From NCBI GenBank assembly GCA_013265495.1, contig MU058714.1:310001-374000 (forward strand): a stretch of 64,000 bases of DNA. Direction: 5' to 3'. This DNA is from Vicugna vicugna (Eukaryota). The notes beneath the pieces are model-generated. The model did not search any database. It saw only the letters and a program-made list of their open reading frames with translations, and was not told where the DNA came from. Of the stretch, positions 34,026-45,570 are shown piece by piece; position 1 is the first letter of the stretch; the number at the start of each line of letters is the position of its first letter. The translations under genes and the position numbers were made by a program.

Positions 34026-36130
34026 TTCCAGTTGTTTTTAAGGAACACTTCACAAATGTTCGATAATACCTCACCTATTTATCTGATAATTTAATTCTAG
34101 TCAATTGTGCCATATTTGTTTCTCCCAATAAATTATCTAAACATTATTTTACCCAAACTGGGTGTTCAAAGTTGGATAGTCAAGGTGCACATTAAACCTT
34201 CCAGGAAATTGATTTTCCCCGCAATGGGTTAGGAACAAATTCTAGACAAATTCATTTCTTAGGGGAAAAAAGAATTCTCTTTTATAAGCTCTCCTTCCTT
34301 AAGAAAAAAAAAATAGTAAGCAAGTATCCTGGGATACCATATACCACCAAGAGGAAACTGGAAACTTCCAAGATGAATTCTGCAAGGAAATGTGAGTTGA
34401 AACTGATCTAGCTATTTGTAGGATTACGATAAATACACCTTTGGCCTCAGCCCCACAATTTACCGCTGGCTGCACAAGATGGGTACACAAAAAGAGCTAG
34501 AGAGAAATTGTACGCGACTCTCTCTACCCCAGGAGTGCAGGTTTCATCCTAAAGCAGGGGTTCTGGGCTGCAGCCCCTCCCAAGCGAGCAATCAAATCCC
34601 CTCCAGAGGAATCTTCCTCCTTCACAGCCAGTATCTGAGTCTGGAAAGGTTACCCAAGTTTTTTCCAGGATATCAAATGAATGTAACCTATTTAACCAAA
34701 TAAACTGAAGAAAATGCCAGAAATTGAAAGATGGGCTCCTGCAGTTCCAAATTTTCTACAGTAGGCCTTTCCCGTTAACACAACAACAAAAACAGATTTC
34801 TCCTGCAGAATCCTTTATAAATATTTTAATGATCAAAATTACTTTGAGACAGTCTCCTGCAACAAGAAACGACTTTTTGATTTGCTCAACAAAGTACGTT
34901 GCAACTGCGTCCAAGAGAGACGCAAAACCAGAAAATGAATTTTGAGTTAAATTGTACGGATGCAAAAAAAGTTAAAGCTAACATACACCTCTTTTATTAC
35001 TCGTTTGACTTGCTCTGATTCAAGATCTAAATGATTTAAAGGGAGAGTTGCTCTTGCAGTACGGATCTGAACAGTATAAAATAAAAGGGTGGCTGCCGAC
35101 CATGACCCCACAGGAGCCCAGCCCACCCCCACCTCTAAACGCGGTCCCGTCTTCTCTCTGCCGCATGCAGCTGATCCAAAGGACACGGAATGCCAAATCC
35201 TGGCAGGCCCATTAATGACTTAGTCCTGGGTTAGAACCATCTCAGATCTCGATCCCACTCCCCCACATTCATGTCCATAAAATCGTGAAACAAGTTAAGA
35301 AAAGGTGTAGTTGCTTTTCCGCCAACGTGCGCCCTAAAACTTGGGGGCTGGGTGCCACTTCACAGCTTAAAGAACGCGGAGCCGTTCGTTTTCAACTGAT
35401 GCATTTTCCTCTCTCGCCTTTGGGGGAAAAAGTTGGGCTGCTCAGTTTTTGCCGCTCCCCCCCTCCCCCCAGTACTTTGTCTCCTATTCCTCGCACCACC
35501 ACCACCACCTCCCCCCGCCCCGGCCCGTTATACTCCCGCGCAAAACAGTACGACTGCCGGAGAACAAGTTCAAAAAGGTGGAGGGCGGGTGAGCTCGGCG
35601 CGCCCCAAGCAGCGCCCCTCGGAGACAGGGGCAGGAAGCCGCCGCGTCGCTGCGTCCCAACTCCCCCCACTTCGGGCCAGAACAATGGCTTTTTGCCCGG
35701 AAAACGAAGTTCGGAGGCCAGGCGCGCCCCGGAGATGAACCGGGACTCGGTGGCGATCCCCAGCTCCTCAACGCGAGGCTCCCCGCTCCTTTCCGCGAGG
35801 GACCCCACCGTGCTCGGTGGACCCCCGCGCGCAGCGCGTTCCCGGGGCCCAGCCTAGCCTCACACGGCGCGCAAGACCCCCGCCCGGGGCGCGAAGCCGT
35901 GCCCTCAGTGAACAATGCGCGCCCCGCCCCCATCCCCGCCCCCGCGCGCTCATTGGCCCACGCCGGACCGGGGCGGCCCGCGGGGGCGGGCGGCGGGCCC
36001 CGGGGCGCAGCGCTCCGGGCGCTGAAGAGCCGGCGGGGCGCGCGGCGGCGGCGGCGGTGGCGGCGGTGGCGGTTCGGGGAGCGGTTCGCGGAGCGGCGGG
36101 AGCCGCGGTCGGGTCGGGGCGCGCGGCAGC

Positions 36131-36202
36131 ATGGAGGAGCTGAGCAGCGTGGGCGAGCAGGTCTTCGCCGCGGAGTGCATCCTGAGCAAACGGCTCCGCA
36201 AG
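36131..36202 (+). CDS. CBX2: CBX2 (chromobox 2, PRC1) coding exon 1
   Basis: MEELSSVGEQVFAAECILSKRLRK, donor GTGCGT. Confidence 0.98.
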
Positions 36203-36273
36203 GTGCGTGCGGCCCGGCCCGCTCCCGCCCGCGCCCTCCCGCCCCGGCTCACGCGCCTCTTCTCTCCCTGCAG

Positions 36274-36317
36274 GGCAAGCTGGAGTACCTGGTCAAGTGG
36301 CGCGGCTGGTCCTCCAA
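36274..36317 (+). CDS. CBX2: CBX2 coding exon 2
   Basis: GKLEYLVKWRGWSS(K) chromodomain, donor GTGAGT. 44 nt. Confidence 0.98.
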
Positions 36318-37300
36318 GTGAGTCCCCAACAATGCGGCGCCCGCCTTTCCGCTCGCTCCACCTCAGCCCGGAGTGGGGGCGGCGTGGGGTCCATCGTCTG
36401 TGCCGTCTGGGGGCGTCCGCGGGCTGGGCGGGAAGTTTGCGGGGGCTCCTGGGGCTTGGCGGGGAGGGGGCGCCCAGCCTGCGCGGGGTGCTCTTTGTTT
36501 ACAAGCCCGCGGGGCGCGGGGCTGGTCGGCTTCCCTGGAACCCCCTTGGGCGGGCCCAGCCCCGCTCCCGGCACCCGGGCTGCCTCTCCCCACGCCCAGC
36601 CGGCTCCCCTCCTGCGCCGAGCGCTCCTCCCGCGCCCATTTGTTGCATGCGCCCGCGCCCGCCTCAGCCCTCCCCGCAGGACGCGAGCCCCCCTCCTCTT
36701 GTTCGTATTTTCCCCGCTGTAACCTGAGCTTTCTATTGATGGATGTAGGGCTTTTTTTTTTTAATGGGAGGGAGGGGACTTGGCATCCCGGAAGGGGCTC
36801 TGTTTACAGGCGTTAGCGCAGACCCAGTTCCCCTTTCTTTCCAGACCCCACATTTCTTTCTTTGCTTTCCGCTCCGGGTGCCCCGGCCCGTGTTCGCCTG
36901 GGCGCCAGCAACATGATTCTCAATATTTGGGCTGCGTTCCTGTGCCCCTCGGCCTCCCTGTCTCAGCATCCTGGACAAGCCTTCCCTTCCCTCCCTGGCT
37001 CCAGGCCAGGGTTTGGGGGCTTCCCTGTCTGCAACTTTCTATTCTGCTCGGATTTGTTTTCCTCCCTGGGAGACAGTGGAGTTCTCCTGAGACCGCGTGT
37101 TAATTGAAGGTTGAGGTGGTGGTTTCCCTTTGAATTTGAGGACAAGGTACTGGCTTCAAGAGCCGGGGTCTCCAGGAGCTTGTACTGGGTGTTGGCGGGA
37201 CCTTTGGGGATTCTCCCCAGCACCCCAGTTCCCTGGCTGCTTAATGAAGTGGCTGGTCAGTGGAGGGTACTTTAGGACACCCTGTTCTTTGCTTTTCCAG

Positions 37301-37366
37301 ACACAACAGCTGGGAACCAGAGGAAAATATCCTGGACCCGAGGCTGCTCCTGGCATTCCAGAAGAA
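37301..37366 (+). CDS. CBX2: CBX2 coding exon 3
   Basis: [21 protein letters not shown], acceptor ttttccag, donor GTGAGA. 66 nt. Confidence 0.98.
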
Positions 37367-39583
37367 GTGAGAAAATTAACAGATCTGTGGGAGGGGGAGA
37401 CCTTTGGGGGGACCCTGGCCTGTCACACAGTGGTACAGGGCCGTGCTGCCCCTCCAGGGGTCCTGGACTTGGGCTGTGGTTTGAGATTCCAGTTGAGTCG
37501 TCCCCCAGCCTTCCCTTGACTGGCCAGCACTGTGTCCAGACCTTGGGAGTCACTGAGTAAATGCTGCTTTTGGCCTTTGTGACAGCCAGGCTTGCAAAAA
37601 TGGACTTTCTTGGTTCCTTGGTGAGAAGTTCTGGCTTCTCTTATTGGTCTTTTCTGTCGACCAATGCACAGACAGCACTAATAAAAACCAGGATGGCAGG
37701 TTTGCCCTAAAAATGCAGACCTGGCCTCCCAGCCTTCCTCGTGGGTGCCAATGAGTGAAAGAAGGCTCAGAGAGGGAGCTGGGGCACATGGTAGAACGTT
37801 ACGCCGATTGTGGTGTGTCTGTACCAAGAACAACACATTTCTTTTTCTCGGGACTGCAGAACAGCTGGTACCGAGTGAGCACCGGGGGGCCCCCTTGCAG
37901 TCTCAGGGGCTGAATTTACTTCTGTAATTCTAGATGTCATTTCTATTTATAGGTAGGAGACTTGGGTTAAGAGAGGCCTCCTTGAGATACTCGGGGGAAA
38001 GGGTGGTGAGGAGCAGGTGATGGCATGAGGGTCCAGGGAGTGCTGCTCCGGAGCACACTGGTGGGGGCAAGGGTGGGGATTGCCCCGTTGGCAGAGGGAG
38101 ATAAATTAGGTGCTCAAAAGCTTTCCCAGATGGGGTCGGTCCAGCCAGCTGTTCTCTGGTAGCTCAAGCTGTGTCCACTTTTTTTTTTCACTGTAGCAGG
38201 ACATTTTGGGTCTTCTCAGAGTAGCCCTGACAGTGGAGAGGAAAATAGAGCTAGATCTGGGGAGGGCGGCAGGAGGGGTGAGAAATGCAGCGCGCATATG
38301 CTTGCCTCAGTACCTTTGAAAAAGCTTGTCGGCAGCCTCCTTGCTGTTTAATTCATAACTTGGGTCCTGTAACTCCTGGGTGGGAGCTGGTACCTTTTTC
38401 TCTAAGACAGTGTCCTGCCTGTTGAGAGAGCGTGTGTTCTTAACTTCACTTTTGGTTACAACACAGCAGACGAGAACTAGGGTTAGCAGATATCCGAAAG
38501 ACTGATGCAGGAGTTAAAGAGAGCTGTGGGGTGGTTGGTTTCAATCACAGGAGAGAGACGACTGGGAAGGGGGATGTTCTGCACTCCGGTCCACCCCAGA
38601 GATCCCCCTGGAAGCCAGGAGCTGGCGGTTATTTGCTTGGTGTGGGGATATGGCTTTTGAGTGTAAGGGGTGGTCCAGGCTCAGAGCCCACGGTTACAGG
38701 TTAATGTGTCAGCAGAGACCCGCAAGTGCTCCTGCCTCATGGGGAGGACAAATTGGGGCTACTCTTGAGTATAAGCTCTGTCTGGTTGTTCTAATTGGAT
38801 TCTTAACAAGATCACCTTACAGGCCCCAATGAGATAATGTTTGCCCATTTTAATTACCAGGAAACTACTCCAGGTAGAGCCTCTTCCTAGGGCAGGGGGT
38901 GGCAGGGAACCTGGAATACAGACTTTCAGGGCTGATGGGTGGAGGCAGCCCTCTTGGCTCCTGAGCCCAGGCCACCTTGGAGTCAGGCGCCACCAGTATT
39001 TCCATTAGAGCAGAGAGGGCTCAGAAAAAGGAAACTAGGAGAGAAGTCTGAGCCGGGACACTGGCTCTGGTTAGACCACGCGCAGAACAGGACCGAAGCC
39101 CTTGGTTCTCCTGGTGCTCCGACAACTGCTGAGATTTTGTGTGGGCAGTGGAGAGCCAGAGGCTGGGGGCAGTGGTCCTCACCTCCCTGTTGCTGGACGT
39201 TCTTGTTTGGAGTGAGGGGGTAGACCATGAGACCACAAAGACTCCTAGTTGTGGCGTTGTAGCATTTGCACAAAACAGTCTCCCTGCAGAAAGTGGCCAG
39301 GACTAGCGCAGGGCCGTCTTAAGAGAAGTTGGAGAAAACTGGGAGCTGTTCCTTTCCCAGCTTTGCGTGATTTTCTTTGGCTTGTCTTTACCCAGATGTA
39401 AATGAGGTAGATGGTAATAAAAATAACACTGACCCATAATGCAGAGAGCTGGATCTGGACCTCTGCCCTGGATGTGTTCACTAATGGGATGTGTGTTTGC
39501 CGTGACACTGGTGATGAACTGCTGGGGGGGCTCCAGTGCAGCAGGAGGGAAGGTCTGTGACCCTGACTGGTGCTTGTCTTCAG

Positions 39584-39689
39584 GGAACATGAGAAGGAGG
39601 TGCAGAACCGGAAGAGAGGCAAGCGGCCCAGGGGCAGGCCGAGGAAGCACACGGTGATGTCCTCCTGTAGCCGGCACTCCAAGCTCAAG
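39584..39689 (+). CDS. CBX2: CBX2 coding exon 4 (AT-hook)
   Basis: EHEKEVQNRKRGKRPRGRPRKHTVMSSCSRHSKLK, donor GTGGGT. 106 nt. Confidence 0.97.
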
Positions 39690-41003
39690 GTGGGTGGCTG
39701 CTGACCTCCCAGCGCTGGCTCTGGGCCGAGTGGAAGGCTGTGACAGGAGGCTTGTGGGCTTTGGGGAAGGAGGCCAGCTGGCACCTCTGCACCAGTCTTT
39801 CCCTTGCTCAGAAGACCCTGGCCTCTGCCTCCCTTTGGGCTGCGGCCCTGAGTCTCTGCCAGCAGGGGGCATCAGCTCTGCCTCCTGCCCTGTCCCTGCA
39901 ATGGTGAAGCCCCTCCTGAGCTGGTTTCCTGGTCCTTTGATGTCCACTCTGCACTCCTTTCTCCTAGCTAGCAGTGTCAGTCTGCACTGCTGCCTGCTGC
40001 TGTCCCACCCCCAGTGGCTTACAGGGAACTTAAAACAGGAAGCATGCGCACAGTAGGAGCTCATAGGTATGCCAAGTACACACTGCTGACAGGGCAGCCC
40101 ACAGGCGCGTGCACGCCCGGGCTCCTTGGCATGGCCCCTCCCTCCTCCAGTCGCTTAGAGCCAGGGTGTGGAAGGGGTCCCAACCTTGGTCTCTGATGAG
40201 TCTTTGATTTCTCTCTCAAGGGTGCTGCCCTTCCAGGGGGCTGGGGAAACCCTGCCACACGTGTTGTTGGCTAGGGTACACTAGCCTCATTTTGCCTTCA
40301 AAATCTTCCTTTTGAGTGGGACTGTAGGAGTGAACAGAGAAGCGGCAGCGAGGCAGGGGGGCCCCAGACTCCCCAAGTTTAATTCCGTCGTCCCCAATTT
40401 GAGGCACGCCAGCTTTGTAACCGGGAGCGGGTGTTTGCTCTGTCTCCCTAAAGTGCACCTTTTCCATGGGGACCTGAGAAACAGGAGGATGTGCTCACTT
40501 AGCGTTGGGGGTGACGTGCAGAGGACGGGGAGGGCAGGGTTTTGTTTTCCTGTGCACTGGAAGGTTCCGAAGGGGTCAGCTTGGAAGTGGGGAGGTTGAA
40601 GCAAGATACTCACATGCTTTCGGCTGAGCTCTCACGTGCACTGCTCACTCCACCCTGCCCTTCTGAGACACGAGAATTTTGCTGCTGAGTTTCCCTTTGC
40701 CAGGTGTCTGCCGAGGGCAGGGAGCTCCCCGTGTGCCCCCGGAAAGCCGACATCCGGGGTCGGCACGTGTGCGTTTCCCTCTGCTGCTCACTTTACAGAC
40801 CATCTGTTTTTCTTTGTTCTTTTCCACTTTTAACTGTGTTTTGTGGAAACTTATAAGGTCCTTTCTGGAACAAGACAGTGAGATTGCTCCCTCCTGACTG
40901 CTTTTCTGGTCTGGAAATCACAGGAGGTGCTGGCTCCAAAGTGTCCAGCGCCCCTGGGGACCAGGCTGTAGAAGTGACACCTTCTTCCCCTTTGTCATTG
41001 CAG

Positions 41004-42311
41004 GAACCTGATGCCCCCTCCAAATCCAAATCCAGCAGCTCCTCCTCTTCCTCCACGTCTTCCTCTTCTTCCTCAGACGAAGAGGATGACAGCGACTTAG
41101 ATGCCAAGAGGGGCCCCCGAGGCCGCGAGACTCACCCAGTGCCTCAGAAGAAGGCCCAGATCCTGGTAGCCAAGCCCGAACTGAAGGACCCCATCCGGAA
41201 GAAGCGGGGCCGCAAGCCCCTGCCCCCAGAGCAGAAGGCGGCCCGGAGACCCGTGAGCCTGGCCAAGGTGCTGAAGACAGCCCGGAAAGACCTGGGGGCG
41301 CCGGCCGGCAAGCTGCCCCCTCCGCTCAGCGCCCCTGTGGCTGGCCTGGCCGCCCTGAAGGCCCACGCCAAGGAGGCTTGTGGTGGCCCCAGCACCATGG
41401 CCACCCCGGAGAACCTGGCCAGCCTGATGAAGGGCATGGCCGGCAGCCCCAGCCGGGGCGGCATCAGCTGGCAGAGCTCCATCGTGCACTACATGAACCG
41501 GATGAGCCAGAGCCAGGCCCAGGCCGCCGGCAGACTAGCTCTCAGGGCCCCGGCCACTGGCAAGTGCAGCCTAGGGCTGGACCTCAAGGTGAGGACGCAG
41601 AAGGGGGAGCTGGGGGTGAGCCCCCCTGGAAGCAAAATCCCAAAGGCCCCCAGCAGTGGGGCGGTGGAGCAGAAAGTGGGGAGCTCAGGAGGGCCCCCAC
41701 ATGCTCACAGCGGCAGCAAGGTCCCCACGGGGTGCCTTGGCCCCCAGCCTGCGCCCACCCAGGAACTGAGCCTCCAGGTCTTGGACTTACAGAGCGTCAA
41801 GAACGGGACGTCGGGGGTGGGCATGGCTGCCCGCCATGCCACAGCCACCAAGGGTGTCCCTGCCACCAACCCAGCCACTGGGAAGGGCACTGGGGGTGGC
41901 CCCACTGCGGGGAGCGGGGCCAGCCTGCTCACCGACACCAGCAAGGGTGAGAAGCTAGCCTCCAGGGTGGCAGCCATGCCCACCCCTGCAGGCAAGAGGG
42001 ACTGTGTCAAGGGCAACACGGCCTCTGGGCAAGAGGGCCACGCGCCCTTGGGAGAAGCGCGCAAGGCAGCCGCGCTGTCCGAGGTGAGCACCGGCGAGGA
42101 GGACAGCAGCTCCGACTCGGACCCCGACTCGGCCTCGCTGCCCAGCGCCGGGCAGAACCTGTCGGTGTCCATCCAGACCAGCCAGGACTGGAAGCCCCCC
42201 CGCAGCCTCCTCGAGCATGTCTTCGTCACTGATGTCACTGCCAACCTCATCACGGTCACGGTGAAGGAGTCCCCCACCAGCGTGGGCTTCTTCAGCCTGA
42301 GGCATTACTGA
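41004..42311 (+). CDS. CBX2: CBX2 coding exon 5 (Ser-rich region, AT-hook-like motif, Pc box)
   Basis: EPDAPSKSKSSSS...KKRGRKPLP...HVFVTDVTANLITVTVKESPTSVGFFSLRHY then TGA. Total 531 aa. Confidence 0.98.
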   Translation, partial: EPDAPSKSKSSSSSSSSTSSSSSSDEEDDSDLDAKRGPRGRETHPVPQKKAQILVAKPELKDPIRKKRGRKPLPPEQKAARRPVSLAKVLKTARKDLGAPAGKLPPPLSAPVAGLAALKAHAKEACGGPSTMATPENLASLMKGMAGSPSRGGISWQSSIVHYMNRMSQSQAQAAGRLALRAPATGKCSLGLDLKVRTQKGELGVSPPGSKIPKAPSSGAVEQKVGSSGGPPHAHSGSKVPTGCLGPQPAPTQELSLQVLDLQSVKNGTSGVGMAARHATATKGVPATNPATGKGTGGGPTAGSGASLLTDTSKGEKLASRVAAMPTPAGKRDCVKGNTASGQEGHAPLGEARKAAALSEVSTGEEDSSSDSDPDSASLPSAGQNLSVSIQTSQDWKPPRSLLEHVFVTDVTANLITVTVKESPTSVGFFSLRHY

Positions 42312-45195
42312 CGCTTCCTGGCTGCGCGGGTCTCAGCTGCCACTCTCTGGCCTCTGGCTTTGCTTTGATATGTGGCCCACTCCCCTTACCCTCTCCAGGG
42401 GCCAGTGGCCTCCCTCAAGGGCAGGCCTGGATGGGAACTCCCCCTGTGACTTTGGCCGGGGAGGTACCGTGGTGCCTTGCCGCCTTGCCGCCTGGCCTTG
42501 CCCTCATTCCTACCTCTGGGCCTTCGCTTTGCTCCCCACTAGCCTCAGGAAGTCTCGGCGGCCACCTGTGGCTCAGCGAAATGTTACTCAAGTGTGTCAG
42601 CTCACCACCCCCCATCTCCCAGGGGCTCAGGTGTTAGAGCAGGGGGCTTCTCCTGGTCCAGCTTGGCTGTTCCCTGCCCAGCGGCGGGAGGAGACGGTGT
42701 ATGGGGCTTTGCAGGGAGGTGTCAGGTCTGGGGAGCTGCTCAGGGTGTGGAAGATGGGGCGAGGGGAGCAGGGAAGGGGCTTTGCTGGTCTGAGCGGTGC
42801 CTGAGCTGGCATGGGCGAGGGCACCGTTCACCTCCCTGTCCCTGGCCCAACCCCAGACAGATAAGGGCTGAGGCCTTAATGGAGGAGGGAGGGGTGGAGC
42901 TGGTCCCAGAGCCATTTCACATGAAGAGACTCCAAGGTTGGGGGAACATGAGACAGGTGTCAGTCCACTGCCCTCCATTCTGCCAGCCTGTGCAAGGACT
43001 GCCTTAGTCCTAATTGTGGCCCCACATGCTGCCCCAGGCCGCCCGGGCAGTGGACAGTTGTTGGAAGTAGGTCTCCTCTCCCACCATCCTCTGGCTTCCA
43101 GCTGCTGGGTGAGTACTGACCACAGCCCCACCCACGTCTGCCCAGCTGATGTCACCTCCTTCCCCTGACAATCCCCCCCGTCTCTGGGGGGTTCAGTGTT
43201 ATCCTCCCCCACTGAGAAGCTGTATCCCTGTACCATTTGGGAAATGGGACAAAATCTGAGCAGCCCACCTGGCAGAGGACCCCTCAGGAAAGGCCAGAGC
43301 TGCCAGCCCGACTGCCTTCCTCCAGGTGACCGAGTCAGAGCGGCCTTGTCTGGTTCCTGACCAAGGTCAGAATGACCAGACATCTTGGGGCTGAGAGATG
43401 GATGCATCAGTGAGTGGGATCACTGGTCTTTGTGATGCCAAAAAGGAAGTTGGAAGTGGGGGGGGCTTTGTTTCTGCTTCGATTATCTGCTGGCATCAGC
43501 CAGCACATGTGGGGTCTCTTGTCTGCATCGCCTTGAGTGCAGAGGAGAACCCAATGTACGGGGTGGACCTGCCAGACCTCCAGTTCCCCTGCTCCCTCAC
43601 CCTCCACACCAAATAGGAAGAGATGGCTTTTGTTTAGCCAAATCAGTTTCAACAGTGTGCCTTTGGGGATGAACCCATGTCCACAACCTTGTTGAGGGGC
43701 GTCTAAATGCATCTCCCGAGTCTTGCACTAGGTAGCTGTGCTGGCTGTTGCAGGAACGGCACCCAAGATCTGGGGGCCCTGGACAGCCAGGCTGAAGCTG
43801 GAAAGTTGGCAATGAAGCGGGAATTGTCCCCTGCACTGCCCCAGCAGGGGATGGAGAGATGCCAGCTCACTGCACAGTCTGGAAGGAGGGGGTGGCAGCA
43901 CACGGCCCTTGGCACCAGCTTCCCCTCCTGTCCCCACGTGCCCCTGGGTGTGACTGAAGGGGCTCTTCTGGGCCGCCTTCCCCTCCAAGGAGCTCCTCAT
44001 CTCCGTGTTTCGCTGCCTTAGAGGCTGCAGAGCCAGGCCAACAGTAGCTCTCCCATCCAGACCGTCAGGGCGACCCTGCTCTGGGCTGGCCTGACAGCCC
44101 CAGCAGCCAGGTCTCCAAGCCCCACTAGGTGCCTTTCTGTTTACCAGCTACTCAATCCCAAAGTTTGAATCTGCAAACACCTTACTCCCAGCCACTTTGC
44201 CTTCCTGCTGTGTTGTGTGTTTTTCTTGGTGCTTGTGACTCCGAGTGGTTCGTGTTTAAAAGGGTGAGCGTGTGTGCGCACTTGTATGCAGGCATGACAG
44301 CCTTCGCTGAAGAACTGGACAGATGCTCAGAGTTGGTTGTCATGTTTACCCGTAAATGAAGTAGTACTTTTTAATTTGCTGCTATGTGTCGGCGGGGGAG
44401 CTAGGCATTGGTCACACATCTGACTCGAGATTCATTTCTTTATCCTGCAGGCTTTCCCTGTGTGTACTGAACGGGCGTGTTAATCCTATCTTGTCTTTCT
44501 CTTTGCTTTTGTAATACATAGGAAGAGGTGGCCAGTCTGTCCTCTTTAGAAGATTTGGCATATTTTTATATATATTTTTTGGTACCAAAAAGAGTGTTCC
44601 TAGTTCTTGTTACACTCAAAATTCTGACATGACTAAGGGCGCTGGGCCTAGAGGTTTTGTCAGGGGACAACTTTGGGGAGGACCAGAGCTCTGGACTGTT
44701 GCCAGTCACTGGCTTGATTTGTGTTTTTTAATTTAAAAAAAAAAGCCAAATCATTCATGTATGCCGCTTCTAATTGCTTTAAACTATGGCTGGCTGGCTG
44801 CTTTTTTTAAAGAGAGAACAAAAGTGGATATGTTATTGCCCTGGGAGACTTAAGATCTTTGTTGAAACAGGACAGCAGCCCAGCCCCCATATTCAATCAG
44901 GACCAACCAGTTAAAAGAAATGCTTCCCCCAGGAAGCCCACAATGGTTGGGGGAAGGGGGTGGGAGGAGGGGAGAGGTAGTGCCTAGACGAACAGATTTT
45001 TGCTCAAGTGCATCTAAAGGTTCTGTGAATTTTCTAGTATTTTTGTAAAACTAACACTAGCAATAGGTTGCAGGTTTTTTTAGACTGATGTTAATTTATT
45101 TTACAGGGGGAGACATTAGCAAGTGGTGTCAGAGAATTTCCGTCTCAACTTTTTGTTAACTCTTGGTATATCAATAAATTCTTTTCTTAACTTTG
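42312..45195 (+). other. CBX2: CBX2 3' UTR ending after AATAAA
   Basis: AATAAA at 45173-45178 followed by U- and GU-rich sequence, with an AU-rich distal block at 44350-45190. Confidence 0.8.
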
Positions 45196-45402
45196 GGCCT
45201 GGTGTATGTCATGAGTGATGCCTGGAAACAAAACAGTCTCTTCACTTTCCCATTCTTGAGGCAAAATACTTATCTGGACTGGACTGAATCATGGGGTGAA
45301 AAAATTACAGGCTTTGGGAAAGGCTTAGGCACTTAACTGGGTGCAAAAAAAACAATGTTTTTCTAAGCAAAGGGGTGGGATTGATTTTAAGAGTCCCCAT
45401 GC

Positions 45403-45570
45403 CAGTGTTTCCCAGAGAGGGTGATTTGTCACCAAAGGGGACATTTGTCGATGTCTGGAGACAGTTTTGGTTTGTCACAACTCGGGGGCAGGGGAGAGTG
45501 GTGTTGCTAGTGGCATCTAGTGAATGGGGGGCAGGGATGCTGCAATACATCATGAACGCGCTTCGAGACA
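45403..45570. mobile_element. MER20 DNA transposon
   Basis: ggggacatttgtcgatgtctggagacagttttgg..tgtcacaact...tggcatctagtg...gggatgctgc. Confidence 0.85.

Larger units (their letters stand above)
7655..35808 (-). pseudogene. Candidate large multi-exon unitary pseudogene containing a Mab-21/cGAS-like domain, head-to-head with CBX2
   Basis: More than 25 minus-strand segments bounded by pyrimidine-AG acceptors and GT donors, e.g. 35066-34989, 34257-34075, 31238-31160, 28375-28290, 23277-23215, 20468-20171, 18942-18824, 18148-17921, 17777-17686, 17138-17071, 16909-16798, 16307-16155, 13760-13360, 13132-13053, 10741-10561, 10290-10249, 9191-9053. Translations are protein-like with scattered stops and frameshifts. 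Confidence 0.65.
35480..36720. promoter_or_regulatory. CBX2: CBX2 promoter CpG island
   Basis: Very high CpG density, reverse CCAAT box at 35952-35956, GC boxes, (GGC)n tract in the 5' UTR at about 36044-36072. Confidence 0.9.

Noticed and set aside
40878..41003. 5' part of the 477-aa ORF in the track
   Set aside because: Intronic. The true CBX2 exon 5 starts at 41004 after ttgcag.
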